From contig CAWEMM010000006.1 in assembly GCA_963810095.1 (NCBI GenBank), positions 832,001 to 896,000 of the forward strand: a DNA stretch of 64,000 bases, read 5' to 3'. This DNA is from an uncultured Chloroflexia bacterium. GTDB taxonomy: Bacteria; Chloroflexota; Anaerolineae; CG2-30-64-16. The position numbers were made by a program, and so were the translations under genes. Numbering within the stretch: position 1 is the stretch's first letter; each line of letters opens with the position of its first letter. The notes beneath the pieces are model-generated. The model was not told where the DNA came from, did not search any database, and saw nothing but the letters and a program-made list of their open reading frames with translations. Positions 40,995 to 51,778 of this stretch are shown here, one piece after another.

Positions 40995-43900
40995 TTACTG
41001 CCCCTTCACCAGCCCGAAGTCAAACTCTGCAACCCAACCGGAGTCGGCGGTCGACGTGCCCGCGCAGTTGACCGTGCGCAGGGTGTAGAAGTAGTTCGTG
41101 TCGGGATCGCCGACGGTCGGCGCCGGCTGGTCGACAAAGCTCCATGCCTTGCCGCTATACACCTTTTCGCTGCCCGGCGCTCCCGGTCCGGCGTAGGGCG
41201 GCGTGGCCCGCCACAGCTCATAACTGTCGTGCATCGAGCCGGCCCAGCTTGTCAGGGTGAAGACCTTACCCTGTATGGCGATCTTGGGCGACGTCGCCGT
41301 GGCCGGTCCGCAGATGCGTGTGTTGGCCCAGGCCTTGTTCGTCACGCTGCTCACGGTCGCGGTGGCTTCATTCGTGATATTGCTGTTTGCCGGCGCCGTC
41401 GCGTTGGCCTTGAAGCCCAGCGTCGCGGTCGTCGCCTCCAGCCCCACCCACACGTCCTTCGAGCCATCGGGCACAGTGCCCGTCTTCGTGCCGCTGCCGC
41501 TGTAGAAGTAGTACTGGACGCCCTCGTTGCCGGCCAGGTTCTCAGCGCCGATGCCCGCGGTGGGCGACGCCGTGCCTATGGTCGAGTTGAAGCCGGCCGG
41601 GTACGAGAACCAGATATTGTCGGTGCCATCCTCGATCCACAACTGGAACGAGAAGCGCTGGTTGGTCGCCTTAAGCCGGATGTTCTCCCACTCGACGACC
41701 GTGTGCGGCTTGCCGTTGCGGATGGTCAGGACGAGGTACATATTGCCGCCGGTCAGGTCGAGGTCGGCCCAGAACGGCGCCAGCAGGTTCTCCTGCATAT
41801 CGCCCGGATCGTTGGTCGGGAACTTGGTCGGCGTGCCCGTGGGGCAGAGCGGCGAGGTGGGGATGCCCGCGCGGACCACGCCGTTCATCGACACGAGGAT
41901 GTCGGTGTAGTGCGTGTCCAGGTAGTAGAAGTCCATCCCACCGAGCGAGAAGCAGCCGTTGTCGAGGCTTAAGCCGGCCAGGTCGGCAGGCGGCACCTGG
42001 CCCGCCATCTCTTCGTAGCCGCCGAGGTTCTTCTCGCGCCACACAAAAGCCGATGGGCCGAGGCTGACGTTGCCGCTCAGCGTGTTGGTCCCGCTGTTGT
42101 AAGTCCAGCCGCCCGTGGCCGAGTTCGCGACGTACGTCGAGCCCGCGGGCACCACGTCGGAAACGGCGAACGTCTGGCTCGACTTCAGCTTGTTCTTCAC
42201 CGTGACCGTGTAAGTCATCTGCGCGCCGGCGCCCGCACCGGCCGGCGTCACCGTCTTGACGATCTTGCCGGAGTCAGTCGAACCCGCCACCTTGATCGCA
42301 ACCGGCATGTGGAACTGCGGCGCCTTGCCGTCGGCTTCGGTGTAGACGACGGTGCCGAAATACCACTGGCCCGGCGTGAGACCGCTGACGTCCGTGATGT
42401 TCACGCCCAGGGCCTGCGTTGCGCCAGCATTGATGCTGAAACTCGGTACGGTCAGCGTCCCGACCAGGCCGTCGCTGCCCACGAACACGCCGTTCCAGGT
42501 CATCTGCTGGCCCGTCGGGTTGCGGACGGTGCGCGTCCAGCCGCACGACTTGTAGCACGCGTCGTCGCCCATCGAAGGGTAGTTGAGCGTCTTGGGGTCG
42601 CCGGCTGGCGTAGCGGCCGGGTTCGCTGCGGTGTACTCCGCGCCGGTGATGTTCAGCAGCAGGCCGGCGTTGAGGGCATTCGTGATGTTGACCCGGCCCG
42701 CACCCCGGTCGAACGGATCGGTCGGCGTCGCGCCGTCTTCCTTGCGCAGCGAGTTGTCCCACAGGCTGGTCGTCATCATCGCGGACTGGATTTCCGCCAC
42801 CGACCACGCCGGATACTTCGCCTTCATCATCAGCGCACCCGCGCCGGCCATGTGCGGGCTCGACATGGACGTGCCGCTGATAATGTTATACTCGGGTGCG
42901 GTGAACAGCGGGTCGGTGCCCCACGCGGCCATGATGTCCACGCCGGGCGCCGTCATGTCGGGCTTGATGAGGTCGGGCACCTGGTTGTTCTGCCCGCGCG
43001 AAGAGAATGCTGCCATCACGTCGCCGTTGTTCGGCTGGATGTCCTTGACCGTGCCAAGGATGCCGCCTGCGTGGCCTGTACCCGTCGCGAGCCAGTCCTT
43101 GAGCGTGACACCCTCGGCATAGGTAATGTGCACGCCGGGGATCGCATAGCCGTCGGCGATTTCCTCGTCGCCGTTCGACGCAGCGTTGACGAGGATCATG
43201 CCCACCCCACCCGCGGCCTTGACGTTGTCGGCTTTCTCGACGCGGGCATTATTGCCGCGGTCGCAGATGACGAGCTTGCCCGCGAGCGCCGTGGCCGACC
43301 ATACGCCAGAGAGACAGAGCGGATTGTTGTTCACGTTGCCAGCGTAGACGATCGGCGCGGGGCCGAGCGAGGTCGTCACGCTGCGCCCGTAGATGTCGGG
43401 CAGGCCCACGCCGTCAGACCGGGTCAGGTTGATCGCCGCGTTGATAAGCGCCCGGTCGTGGGTGGAGGCAGCCGTAGTGGTGACCCACGGGCTGCCGTGT
43501 GCCACGGTCGCTGCGCCCGGGCCCGAGTTGCCGGCGGAGGCCGAAACGAATGCGCCTGCATTGCGGAGGCCAAGGAAGGCCTGCTCGTCGGCCGCCACCC
43601 AGGGGCTCTCGCCCGAGCCGCTGATCGAATAGTTCACCGCGTCGACCTGGTCGGTCGCGGCCTGGTTGAGGGCAGCGACGAGATCGGTGTTGTTGCAGCC
43701 GCTGGGCGTGCAGGCGTCGTATGCTATGATCATGGCGTGCGGTGCGACGCCGGAGATGGTCATCGGTACGTCGATCGTCGGCGCGTGGAAGGTGACCGCA
43801 CCCACCCGGTTGCCGCCTGCAGTCGAAGCCGTGTGCGAGCCATGGCCCTCGAGGTCTTCGGGATCGTTGCCGCTGTTGGCGTAGCTGTAGAGGCCGATTA

Positions 43901-44624
43901 GCTTGCCGTTGCATTTCGCCAGGGGCGGGTTCTTAACGTTCGGATTGCACCAGCCGAAATACTGCGTATTGGTGCGATCGGGGAAGTCGTAGCCGTCGGG
44001 AGCGGGATCGGCGAACGAAGGATGGTCGGTGTTAATGCCCGTGTCGACCACGCCGATCACCATGCCCTCGCCGCAGTTGCCGCCCGGCGCGCACGAATCG
44101 GGGGCGCCCCACGCCGAGGGTGCGCCGATCCATTGCGGGCCGCGGTCGGTCAGCAGCTGGCGCACCTGCCGGGGCTCCACGAACTTCACGCCGGCAACGG
44201 TCTTGACGATCTCGGCTTCCGAAGCAGTCAACTGGAGGGTCAACCCGTTCAGCACGACGTCGTAAATGTAGCCGACCTCTGGCCGCCGGCTGAGCCGCTC
44301 TTCGGCCCGCTGCATGAACTCGGCGCGCTTCTCGGCGAGGAATGCCAAGTAGGCCTGGGCTTCCGGGCTGTTGACGTCGACCTTCGCAGCACCGGTGACC
44401 TCGGGGCTGGTCGGGGCAAGGTCCCTGATGCCGCCCCCATAGTTGGCAAGGGCGGGATTGTTCAGGGTGATGATATAAACGCCGGGGACACCGAAAGGTT
44501 GAGGTTGCAGCGCCTTGACAGGCGGCGCATCACCCGCGGCAAACGCAACGGCAGGTTGGCCGGTCAGTGCGAGGGGCACAACGAGCGCGAAGAGGACGAC
44601 GAGGAACAGTAGACGCCGAGCCAT
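40995..44624 (-). CDS. Secreted S8 subtilisin-like protease (I9 propeptide, PA, Fn3-like, DUF11) with C-terminal AEFDF domain
   Basis: VVDTG (Asp), GHGSHTAST (His), SGTSMSSPH (Ser), PA motif CDRGNNARVEK; signal peptide. Confidence 0.95.
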   Translation of the reverse strand: MARRLLFLVVLFALVVPLALTGQPAVAFAAGDAPPVKALQPQPFGVPGVYIITLNNPALANYGGGIRDLAPTSPEVTGAAKVDVNSPEAQAYLAFLAEKRAEFMQRAEERLSRRPEVGYIYDVVLNGLTLQLTASEAEIVKTVAGVKFVEPRQVRQLLTDRGPQWIGAPSAWGAPDSCAPGGNCGEGMVIGVVDTGINTDHPSFADPAPDGYDFPDRTNTQYFGWCNPNVKNPPLAKCNGKLIGLYSYANSGNDPEDLEGHGSHTASTAGGNRVGAVTFHAPTIDVPMTISGVAPHAMIIAYDACTPSGCNNTDLVAALNQAATDQVDAVNYSISGSGESPWVAADEQAFLGLRNAGAFVSASAGNSGPGAATVAHGSPWVTTTAASTHDRALINAAINLTRSDGVGLPDIYGRSVTTSLGPAPIVYAGNVNNNPLCLSGVWSATALAGKLVICDRGNNARVEKADNVKAAGGVGMILVNAASNGDEEIADGYAIPGVHITYAEGVTLKDWLATGTGHAGGILGTVKDIQPNNGDVMAAFSSRGQNNQVPDLIKPDMTAPGVDIMAAWGTDPLFTAPEYNIISGTSMSSPHMAGAGALMMKAKYPAWSVAEIQSAMMTTSLWDNSLRKEDGATPTDPFDRGAGRVNITNALNAGLLLNITGAEYTAANPAATPAGDPKTLNYPSMGDDACYKSCGWTRTVRNPTGQQMTWNGVFVGSDGLVGTLTVPSFSINAGATQALGVNITDVSGLTPGQWYFGTVVYTEADGKAPQFHMPVAIKVAGSTDSGKIVKTVTPAGAGAGAQMTYTVTVKNKLKSSQTFAVSDVVPAGSTYVANSATGGWTYNSGTNTLSGNVSLGPSAFVWREKNLGGYEEMAGQVPPADLAGLSLDNGCFSLGGMDFYYLDTHYTDILVSMNGVVRAGIPTSPLCPTGTPTKFPTNDPGDMQENLLAPFWADLDLTGGNMYLVLTIRNGKPHTVVEWENIRLKATNQRFSFQLWIEDGTDNIWFSYPAGFNSTIGTASPTAGIGAENLAGNEGVQYYFYSGSGTKTGTVPDGSKDVWVGLEATTATLGFKANATAPANSNITNEATATVSSVTNKAWANTRICGPATATSPKIAIQGKVFTLTSWAGSMHDSYELWRATPPYAGPGAPGSEKVYSGKAWSFVDQPAPTVGDPDTNYFYTLRTVNCAGTSTADSGWVAEFDFGLVKGQ

Positions 44625-45026
44625 ATGGGTGGACACTCCTTACGGGACGAGTTGGGGAAACTGGAATTGCACTCAACCAAGTACAGACGCACGAAACATT
44701 ATAGCATGCCCCGCGCGGCCTTCAAAGAGCGCCTTTTTCGCCAGAGTGCCAAACGGGACGCGGCGTCAGAGTACATTCCCGTGCAGTAGGAACCTCCCGT
44801 GGTCTGCGAGGCCGCGCGGGCCTTCTTCGCATACGGCAGTGTCACAGCAGCCGGGCTGGGGCGATGTGAACGCAAGCGGCGGCGCGGGCGTTAAGCCACT
44901 GTGGGGTTGAGAGCAAACGGGTGTTGGGTCGCGGCCCGGCAAGATCGATTATCAGTTGTTGGGGCAGGTGCAGACGTGGTTGGACCGGGGAATCTCAGAA
45001 CACGAATCGCTCGAGGCGCCGCGCGA

Positions 45027-46262
45027 GTGGCGAGGGTCCGGCCGCAGGTCGCGAGCATCCTCTCGGGCATCATCTTCCTCCCGCTGCTGCTGGCCGCATC
45101 CAACAGCCTCACTTGGACGCAGGTCAACACGCCTGGCTTTGCCGAGCACGCGCCGCCCTACACAGGGCAGGAAGCCTTCGATCTTACCGTGTTCGACGAC
45201 CGGCTGTACCTGGGGATGGAAGGCTTCGCCTGCGCGCGTGTCTGGCGCAGCCGGGCCGGCGTCGTCTCCCCTTCCATCCAGTCGGACTGGGAGCAGGTCG
45301 TCTCGAACGGCTTTGACGGCGCGGCCGATTGTACGACCACGCCACCGCCCACCGACAACGACCACGTCGACAGCCTCGAACCTTTCCGCGGCTACCTCTA
45401 CGCCTCCACCGCGATGCAGACGGCCGGTAAGCGCGGCACGCAGGTCTGGCGCAGCGCCACCGGCGATGCGGGCACGTGGGTGCGGGTCAACGAACCCGGC
45501 TTCGGCGTGCACGCGAACGAGAACTTCAAGGACATGATCGAGTTCGCCGGGCTGCTGTGCGGCGGCACTGGCAATCCGGGCGCACCTGGCATTGCAGCGG
45601 GCGCCCAGGTGTGGTGCACCGACGGGATCACGCCCGATCCGGTCCATCCGGGCGAGCTCCTGTGGACGCAGCGCAGCCCAAACGGCTTCGGGCACGCCGA
45701 AAATGTGAAGGTATGGTCGTCGGCGGTCTACGACGGCGCGCTCTATTTCGGCGTGGAAGCGCAAGGGGCGGACGGCTCCATCTGGCGCACGCTCAGCATC
45801 GACGACCCGGCCGCGTGGGAGCAGGTGTTCGGGCCGGCCGAGGCCGGTGTCCATGCGACTCGGGTCGACGTGCTGCAGGGCTTCGCCGGCAACCTCTATA
45901 TCGGCTTGGCCGTCCCAGGTCAGGGCGTCCGGATCTATCGGAGCCCAAGCGGCGACCCCGGCACCTGGCAACCGGTCGTGGGCGATGGTTTCGGCACGCC
46001 AACCACGGGCAGATTGATCTCCGATGCCTCGGCCGTCCTGGGCGACACGCTATACGTCGCCGCACTGGACGAAGTGCAAGGCGTAGGGGTGTGGGGCACC
46101 CGCGACGGGGTGTCCTGGGTGCGGGCCGCTCCCTACGGGTTCGGCAGCCCCACCACCTTCGCCGCGGAGCTGGCGGCCTTCCACGACGAGTTGTACGCGT
46201 GGACCAGCGACTACGCGACGGGGCCAGGCGTGTGGCGCGGCCGTCGCCAACCGTGGCCTTAA
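45027..46262 (+). CDS. Secreted beta-propeller protein (seven W.QV...GFG repeats)
   Basis: WTQVNTPGF, WEQVVSNGFD, WVRVNEPGFG, WTQRSPNGFG, WEQVFG, WQPVVGDGFG, WVRAAPYGFG; start codon uncertain. Confidence 0.7.
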   Translation: MARVRPQVASILSGIIFLPLLLAASNSLTWTQVNTPGFAEHAPPYTGQEAFDLTVFDDRLYLGMEGFACARVWRSRAGVVSPSIQSDWEQVVSNGFDGAADCTTTPPPTDNDHVDSLEPFRGYLYASTAMQTAGKRGTQVWRSATGDAGTWVRVNEPGFGVHANENFKDMIEFAGLLCGGTGNPGAPGIAAGAQVWCTDGITPDPVHPGELLWTQRSPNGFGHAENVKVWSSAVYDGALYFGVEAQGADGSIWRTLSIDDPAAWEQVFGPAEAGVHATRVDVLQGFAGNLYIGLAVPGQGVRIYRSPSGDPGTWQPVVGDGFGTPTTGRLISDASAVLGDTLYVAALDEVQGVGVWGTRDGVSWVRAAPYGFGSPTTFAAELAAFHDELYAWTSDYATGPGVWRGRRQPWP

Positions 46263-46274
46263 TCGAAAATTCAT

Positions 46275-46303
46275 TTGACAACGCTCACCGGGAACCATAT
46301 ACT
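46275..46303 (+). promoter_or_regulatory. sigma70 promoter of the C25 operon
   Basis: TTGACA (46275-46280), 17-bp spacer, TATACT (46298-46303). Confidence 0.75.
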
Positions 46304-46425
46304 TGAAACCTGCGACATAACGTCAATCTCGTAGATTCGTGCCAGTGCGTGCCCAGGCACGCTAAGCGCCAGACGCTTTGCTCGGTTGCACGCGTCTGGC
46401 GTACTTGTCCTTAGAGAGTGCTTCC

Positions 46426-48742
46426 ATGCCGCTATCTCCACAGCCCGGGCGTCTCCGCGTCTGGCCCGGCTTGATAAAGGCGTCTTGCATCGCATTCGCC
46501 TTGCTCCTGGTTTCGGTCGCCTACCTGCCACCCGCGCATGCCGCACAGGAAGCGGCCTCGACCGCGGCGCGGGTGCGCATCGGCGTCGTCAAGGACGGGG
46601 TGACGGTCATTGCGCCTGGCGACCTGGCCGCTGCAGGCGTCGACCCAAACGGCGTCGATCCCCGCACGTTCGCGCTCAGCAGCCTCGGGCAGCCGGTTGC
46701 CGTCTACGTAACGGGCGAGAACGACGGACGTTTCGACGGGGCCGACCGGCTGTACTTCTTCGGCGAGAAGTTCCGCGGGCCCGAAATGGACCAGAAGTAC
46801 ACTGACGAGCGCGTCTATTGGCTCGACATGGGCGGCGCGGCCGGCCCGCGCATGACGACGGTGGACGCAAGTCCGCTGTTCGACCGCACGCCGCCGGCCG
46901 ACTTTGCGACCACCCTGCATGCCGAGGAGTCTACCGTCTGGTGGACCCTCTACTCGCTGTCGCTGGCGCAAGAGACACAGGACACGTGGTTCTGGAAGAA
47001 GCTTTCGTTGCTCTCCGGTTCGTCCATCACCGGGACCTTGCCCTATACCGTGCCCTACCCGGCGAATGCCAGCGCCACCTTGCGCCTCGAGGAAATCAGC
47101 AACGCCCACGTGTACGGAGTCGATCCCGACCATCGCACGAAGGCTGCGCTTAACGGCGTCCCGCTGATCGATACAACGTGGGACGGCTTACAAGTGCGGA
47201 AGGTATTCAGCGCGCCCGTCCCGGCCGGGGTTTTGACGCATGGGACGAACACCCTTGCCGTTGGCGCCTGGACGGTGCCGGGAACTTCTTCGGACCTGGT
47301 CTACGTCAACTATTGGGAACTGGATTATCGCCGGCTGTTTCGCGCCTACGAAGACCGGCTTGACTTCAGGGCCGAGACAACCGGAACGCAGGAGTACGAG
47401 GGCAAGGGTTTTTCGAGTGCTGACGTCTGGGCATGGGATGTGAGTGCGCCGGGCGCTCCCGTGCGCCTGCTCGCCCCGGCTGCGGCGGATCTTCGCTTTC
47501 GGGTGAACGCGACGGCGGGCAATCGCTATTGGCTCCAGGCCGCGGGTAGCTTCCAATCGCCCGCGTCCATCCGGCGACGCCTGCCGACCGGGTTGCGCGA
47601 TCCGCAAGGGGGCGCCGACTCCGTCATCGTGACCTCGACCGAGTTGCAGCCGCAGGCCGACCGCCTCGCCGAGTGGCACCGGGCGCACGGGCGCCGCGCG
47701 CTGGTCGTGAATATCCAGGATGCCTACGACGAGTTCAACGATGGCATTTATCATCCCAAGGCCGTGCAGGCGATGATGAAGTGGGCCAGCACACATTGGA
47801 CGAGCCCGGCGCCCCAGTACCTGACCCTTTTCGGCGATGGGCACTGGAACTTCAAAAACTACAACCCGGCCGAGTACCCGGGTGGGCCGAACCACATCCC
47901 GCCCTACCTCGCCTTTGAGGACATCTGGCAGGGCGAAGTCCCGGTCGATGCCCGCTTTGGCGACCTGAACGACGACAAGCTGCCAGACGATTGCGGTCGG
48001 CCGGATCGCCGTCGACACCGTCGCAGAGGCCGCGATCGTGGTCGACAAGATCCTCGCCTACGACGAAAACGCGCGCTTGGCTGGGTGGCAGCGCCGGGCC
48101 ATCTTCGTCTCGGACAACGCCGACCTCGACGGTGACTTCCCGACGGTTTCGGATGAAATGATCGCCAACTACACGCCGAAGGACCTGCAGGTCAGCCGGG
48201 TCTACCTGCCGCCCGCGGCGACGCCGGATCAGATTGCCGCGACTCGGAACGCATTGCGCAGCGCCTGGAACGACGGCGCCTTCATGGTGCAGTTCACCGG
48301 CCACGGTGCGCCCGAGCGGTGGACGCATGAGTTCATCCTGACCACCACGGACGTCCTCAACGGAACGTTCACGAACGGCTCCCGCCTGCCCATCGTCCTG
48401 ACCTTCAACTGCCTGGACGGCTACTTCGCGCACGCCCAGCCGGGTCGGATCAGTATCGCCGAAACGATGCAGCGAGCCCCCGGTGGCGGTTCGATCGCGG
48501 CCATCTCGCCGGCCGGCCTCGGCGCGACAGATGTGCAAGCGGCCTTCCGCCGCGTCCTGCTGACCGTCCTCTTCACTGACAACGTCCGTGAGATCGGCCG
48601 GGCACTCACGATCACCAAGCAGCGCTTCGCCGAGACCTACGGGGCGCACTACCTGACGCAGACCATGATGCTGTTCGGCGACCCGGCCATGCAGGTGCCG
48701 GCGGGAACGCCGAAGCAATATCTGCCCATTATCGTCCGCTAA
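46426..48742 (+). CDS. C25 family (gingipain/PorU-like) cysteine peptidase 1 (frameshift near 47985)
   Basis: YTDERVYWL, YDEFNDG, YLTLFGDG, VGRI, FTGHG (His), FNCLDGYF (Cys), LFGDPA; ends QYLPIIVR. Confidence 0.88.
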
Positions 48743-48798
48743 AGTTTGCAGGTGCGCGCCTCCTGACGCGCTCGCTGCCGTGGATTGAGAGACGCTCG

Positions 48799-49782
48799 AT
48801 GCATCGCAGACAATTGTTGGCCGCTGTCGGGTTGACAGCACTGTGCGCCGTCCTATTGCTCGGCCCGGCCCTGGCGTCGGTCGAGCTGGTGTCCTTCGGG
48901 GCCGAGCCGACGACCAATAACACGATCATGGTGACCTGGGAAACCGCAACCGAGCGGGACATGATCGGTTTCAAGCTGTACCGGTCTCTGACCGGTTCGG
49001 GCGCTGATTGGGTCGACTTGATCCCCGAGGGCGTCCCCGCAGACGGCACGGCGCAGGGCGGCGCCCGATACGGCTTTGAGGACAAAACGGACATTGCCCT
49101 GAACACGAGGTACTACTACCAGCTGAAGGAAATCTCGAACACAGGCGACGTCGTGGAGATTGCCCGGGCATCGACCGGGATCGGCCTTCCTGCCGACACC
49201 GCAACCTCCACCGGCACTCCGACCGCCAGCCCCACCTGGACCAGGGTGGCCGGCTCGGTCGGCGGTGCAGCGACCGCGACGCCGCCCCGTCCGACGGCAA
49301 CGCCGCGTTACACCCTCGCGCCGCCGACCGCGGCGCCGGGCACCCCCGCCCCGCGAGCCGGGACCACGGCAACGGTCCAGGCGGCCGTCAGCACGCGCAC
49401 GCCGCTCGTCGGTGCGCAGGTTGCCACGCCGACGGGCGCCGCGCCGAGGGTCACCCTGCCCGCTCCCGCGAGCCCGGCGGTCCAGCAACCCGTCGACACG
49501 CCCGCGCCCCTTGCCCCCGAAACACCCACCCCCGACCTCGTCGCGATGGCCGAGGGCCCAGGGGCCGAATCGCCAACCCCTGTTCCAACAAAGGACGCCA
49601 CGCCGGTGATCTTCTCTTCGGCAGAGGAAGGCACAGCCTCGCCCACGCCCGCCGGCGCCGAACAGACATCCGGCGAGGGTGCAGAGAGCAGCACACGAGC
49701 CCTCGTGATCGGGGGCGGCGCGCTCGGCATCGGGGCCCTGCTCGCCGCGCTCTACCTGTTCCTGCGATCACGGCGCGGCTAA
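48799..49782 (+). CDS. Surface protein: signal, Fn3-like 'VELVSF..WETATE..GFKLYRS' domain, PT-rich stalk, C-terminal TM + RSRRG
   Basis: Direct reading of the translation. Confidence 0.8.
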   Translation: MHRRQLLAAVGLTALCAVLLLGPALASVELVSFGAEPTTNNTIMVTWETATERDMIGFKLYRSLTGSGADWVDLIPEGVPADGTAQGGARYGFEDKTDIALNTRYYYQLKEISNTGDVVEIARASTGIGLPADTATSTGTPTASPTWTRVAGSVGGAATATPPRPTATPRYTLAPPTAAPGTPAPRAGTTATVQAAVSTRTPLVGAQVATPTGAAPRVTLPAPASPAVQQPVDTPAPLAPETPTPDLVAMAEGPGAESPTPVPTKDATPVIFSSAEEGTASPTPAGAEQTSGEGAESSTRALVIGGGALGIGALLAALYLFLRSRRG

Positions 49783-49786
49783 GCCC

Positions 49787-51743
49787 ATGGTCCAGCGATT
49801 CCGGCGTCCGTTCGCGTGTGTGCTTCTGCTGTGCCTCGTCGTGCTTGCGGTCTCCGCCTGCACCGGCGCAAAAACCCTGCCCCCCGCCAGCAGCAGTGCC
49901 GTCAAGATCGGGGTGGACGAGGACGGCGTGTACCAGGTGACGGCAAGAGACCTCCTGAACGCCGGTTTTGACCTCGCCGCCGCGGAAAGCGAGGGGGTCA
50001 GCCTGTCGGTCGGCGGCGCCCCAGTCCCGTACGAATGGGTAGGTCGCGGGGGCGACCTGGCGATCCGGTTCGAAGGTATGCGTCTCGGCCCTGACAGCTA
50101 CACCCCTCGCAATATCTACTGGCTGACACGCGGAGCGCCAAGCACGGAGGGACCGGCCGCTGCCGAGGCACGACCCTCGCCAACCGCCACGCCCGCGGCC
50201 GGTGTCATCACTGCCACGGTGCGGCTCGAGCAGGATCTCCAATACGACCCGCAGGCCGTCCGCCCTGACCAGCGCTGGTACTGGCAGACGATCTTCGCAC
50301 CCGCCAAGGTTGAAGTCGGGTTCGATGCACCGGGAGTGAAGGACGCGCCCGCCGAGTTGCGAGTCGACGTAATCTCAAAGTCATCGGCCAACGTCGATCC
50401 GGATCACCGCCTGCTCGTTTTCGTCAACGATGCGTTTGTCTCTGACGCCGCCTGGGATGGCGCGGTCCCCCACTTACTCACTGCCGCCGTTCCTGCCGGC
50501 GTGTTGAAGGAGAAGGACAACCGTATCAGGATCGAAGCACCGGGCGACACCGGCGCTCCTGCCGATGCGGTTCAGCTGCACCGCATCGAAATCGCTTACC
50601 GCGGGACCCCGAACGCAGACGGGGCTGCGCCGCGCTCGCCGGCCTCGGTCGAAGTCCCCGCACTCAGCAGCCTGCCGGACTTGCCAGCCGGCGCCGACCT
50701 TGTGATCGTGACCGCACCTCAGTTCCACGACGCGCTCGGCGCCCCTTGTCGAAGCCCGGACGAAGCAAGGACTGCGGGTCGCCGTGCTGGATGTGGGGCA
50801 GGTCTACGACGCGTTCAGCTACGGGCGCCGCGATCCGCAGGCCATTCAAGCCCTGATGCGCTACGCCCGGCAGCACTGGCAGGCGCCCGCTCCGCGCTAC
50901 CTGCTCCTGGCGGGCGACGCGAGCTATGACCCGCTCGGCCGTACGCAGGGAACCGAGGTTGACCTCGTCCCCACCTACGACGTCTATACCACCTTCTCGG
51001 GGTGGACCGGGTCCGACGTGTGGTATGCGCTGCCCGACGATGCCGAGAACGCGATGCCGGCTTTTGCCGTGGGCCGCTTCCCCGCCCAGACGCCCGAGCA
51101 GATGGCGGCGATGGTGCAGAAGACGTTGAGCTATGAGGCGCAGACAGGCGACCTGGGGTGGCGCTCCGCCGCGCTGCTGGTGGCCGACAACGACGAGCCG
51201 GGCTTCGCGGAAGAAACGCAGAGCTTCGCCTCACAACTCAAGGGTTACCAATCCGGGCAACTCACGATCGACGGGGACGGAGCGAACGCAAAGAACGCGC
51301 TGCTCGGCGCGTTCTCGAAGGGTGCCGGGCTGATCGGCTACTTTGGCCACGGCAGCGTCACCCTGTGGGCCAAGGAGAAAGTCCTGGAGGTGGCAGAGGC
51401 GGCCAAGCTGAGCAACAAGGACCGCCTGCCCATCGTCTTCACCGTGACGTGCCTGAGCGGATTCTTCGAGCACCCGTCCACCGTCTCGCTGGGAGAGGCG
51501 CTGGTGCGCAATCCAAACGGGGGGGCTGTCGCAGCACTTGTGCCGAGCAGCGCGGCGGTGCTGACCGACCAGCGACTGCTGGCCCAGGGGCTGGCGGCAG
51601 CGCTTGCCCAGCCGGCGCCGCGCGCCCTTGGAGACACCATCCACGACGCGCAGCTCAGCCTCCCACGCGAGACTGGCGGCGTGCGCGAAATCCTGTTGAC
51701 CTTCAACCTGCTCGGCGATCCGTCGCTCACCGTCAAACGCTGA
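49787..51743 (+). CDS. C25 family cysteine peptidase 2, lipoprotein (frameshift near 50745)
   Basis: AVSAC lipobox, YTPRNIYWL, YDAFSYG, YLLLAGDASYDP, VGRFP, YFGHG (His), VTCLSGFF (Cys), LLGDPS. Confidence 0.88.
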
Positions 51744-51778
51744 GATAGCCCCGCGTCCCCGCTTAGGGGCGCGGGCAC

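Noticed and set aside
44740-44870. c-di-GMP-I riboswitch-like words (ggcca-aac/gggacgc, cagccgggctg)
   Set aside because: The GAAA tetraloop/receptor stem and GCAAAG junction are missing and the spacing is wrong
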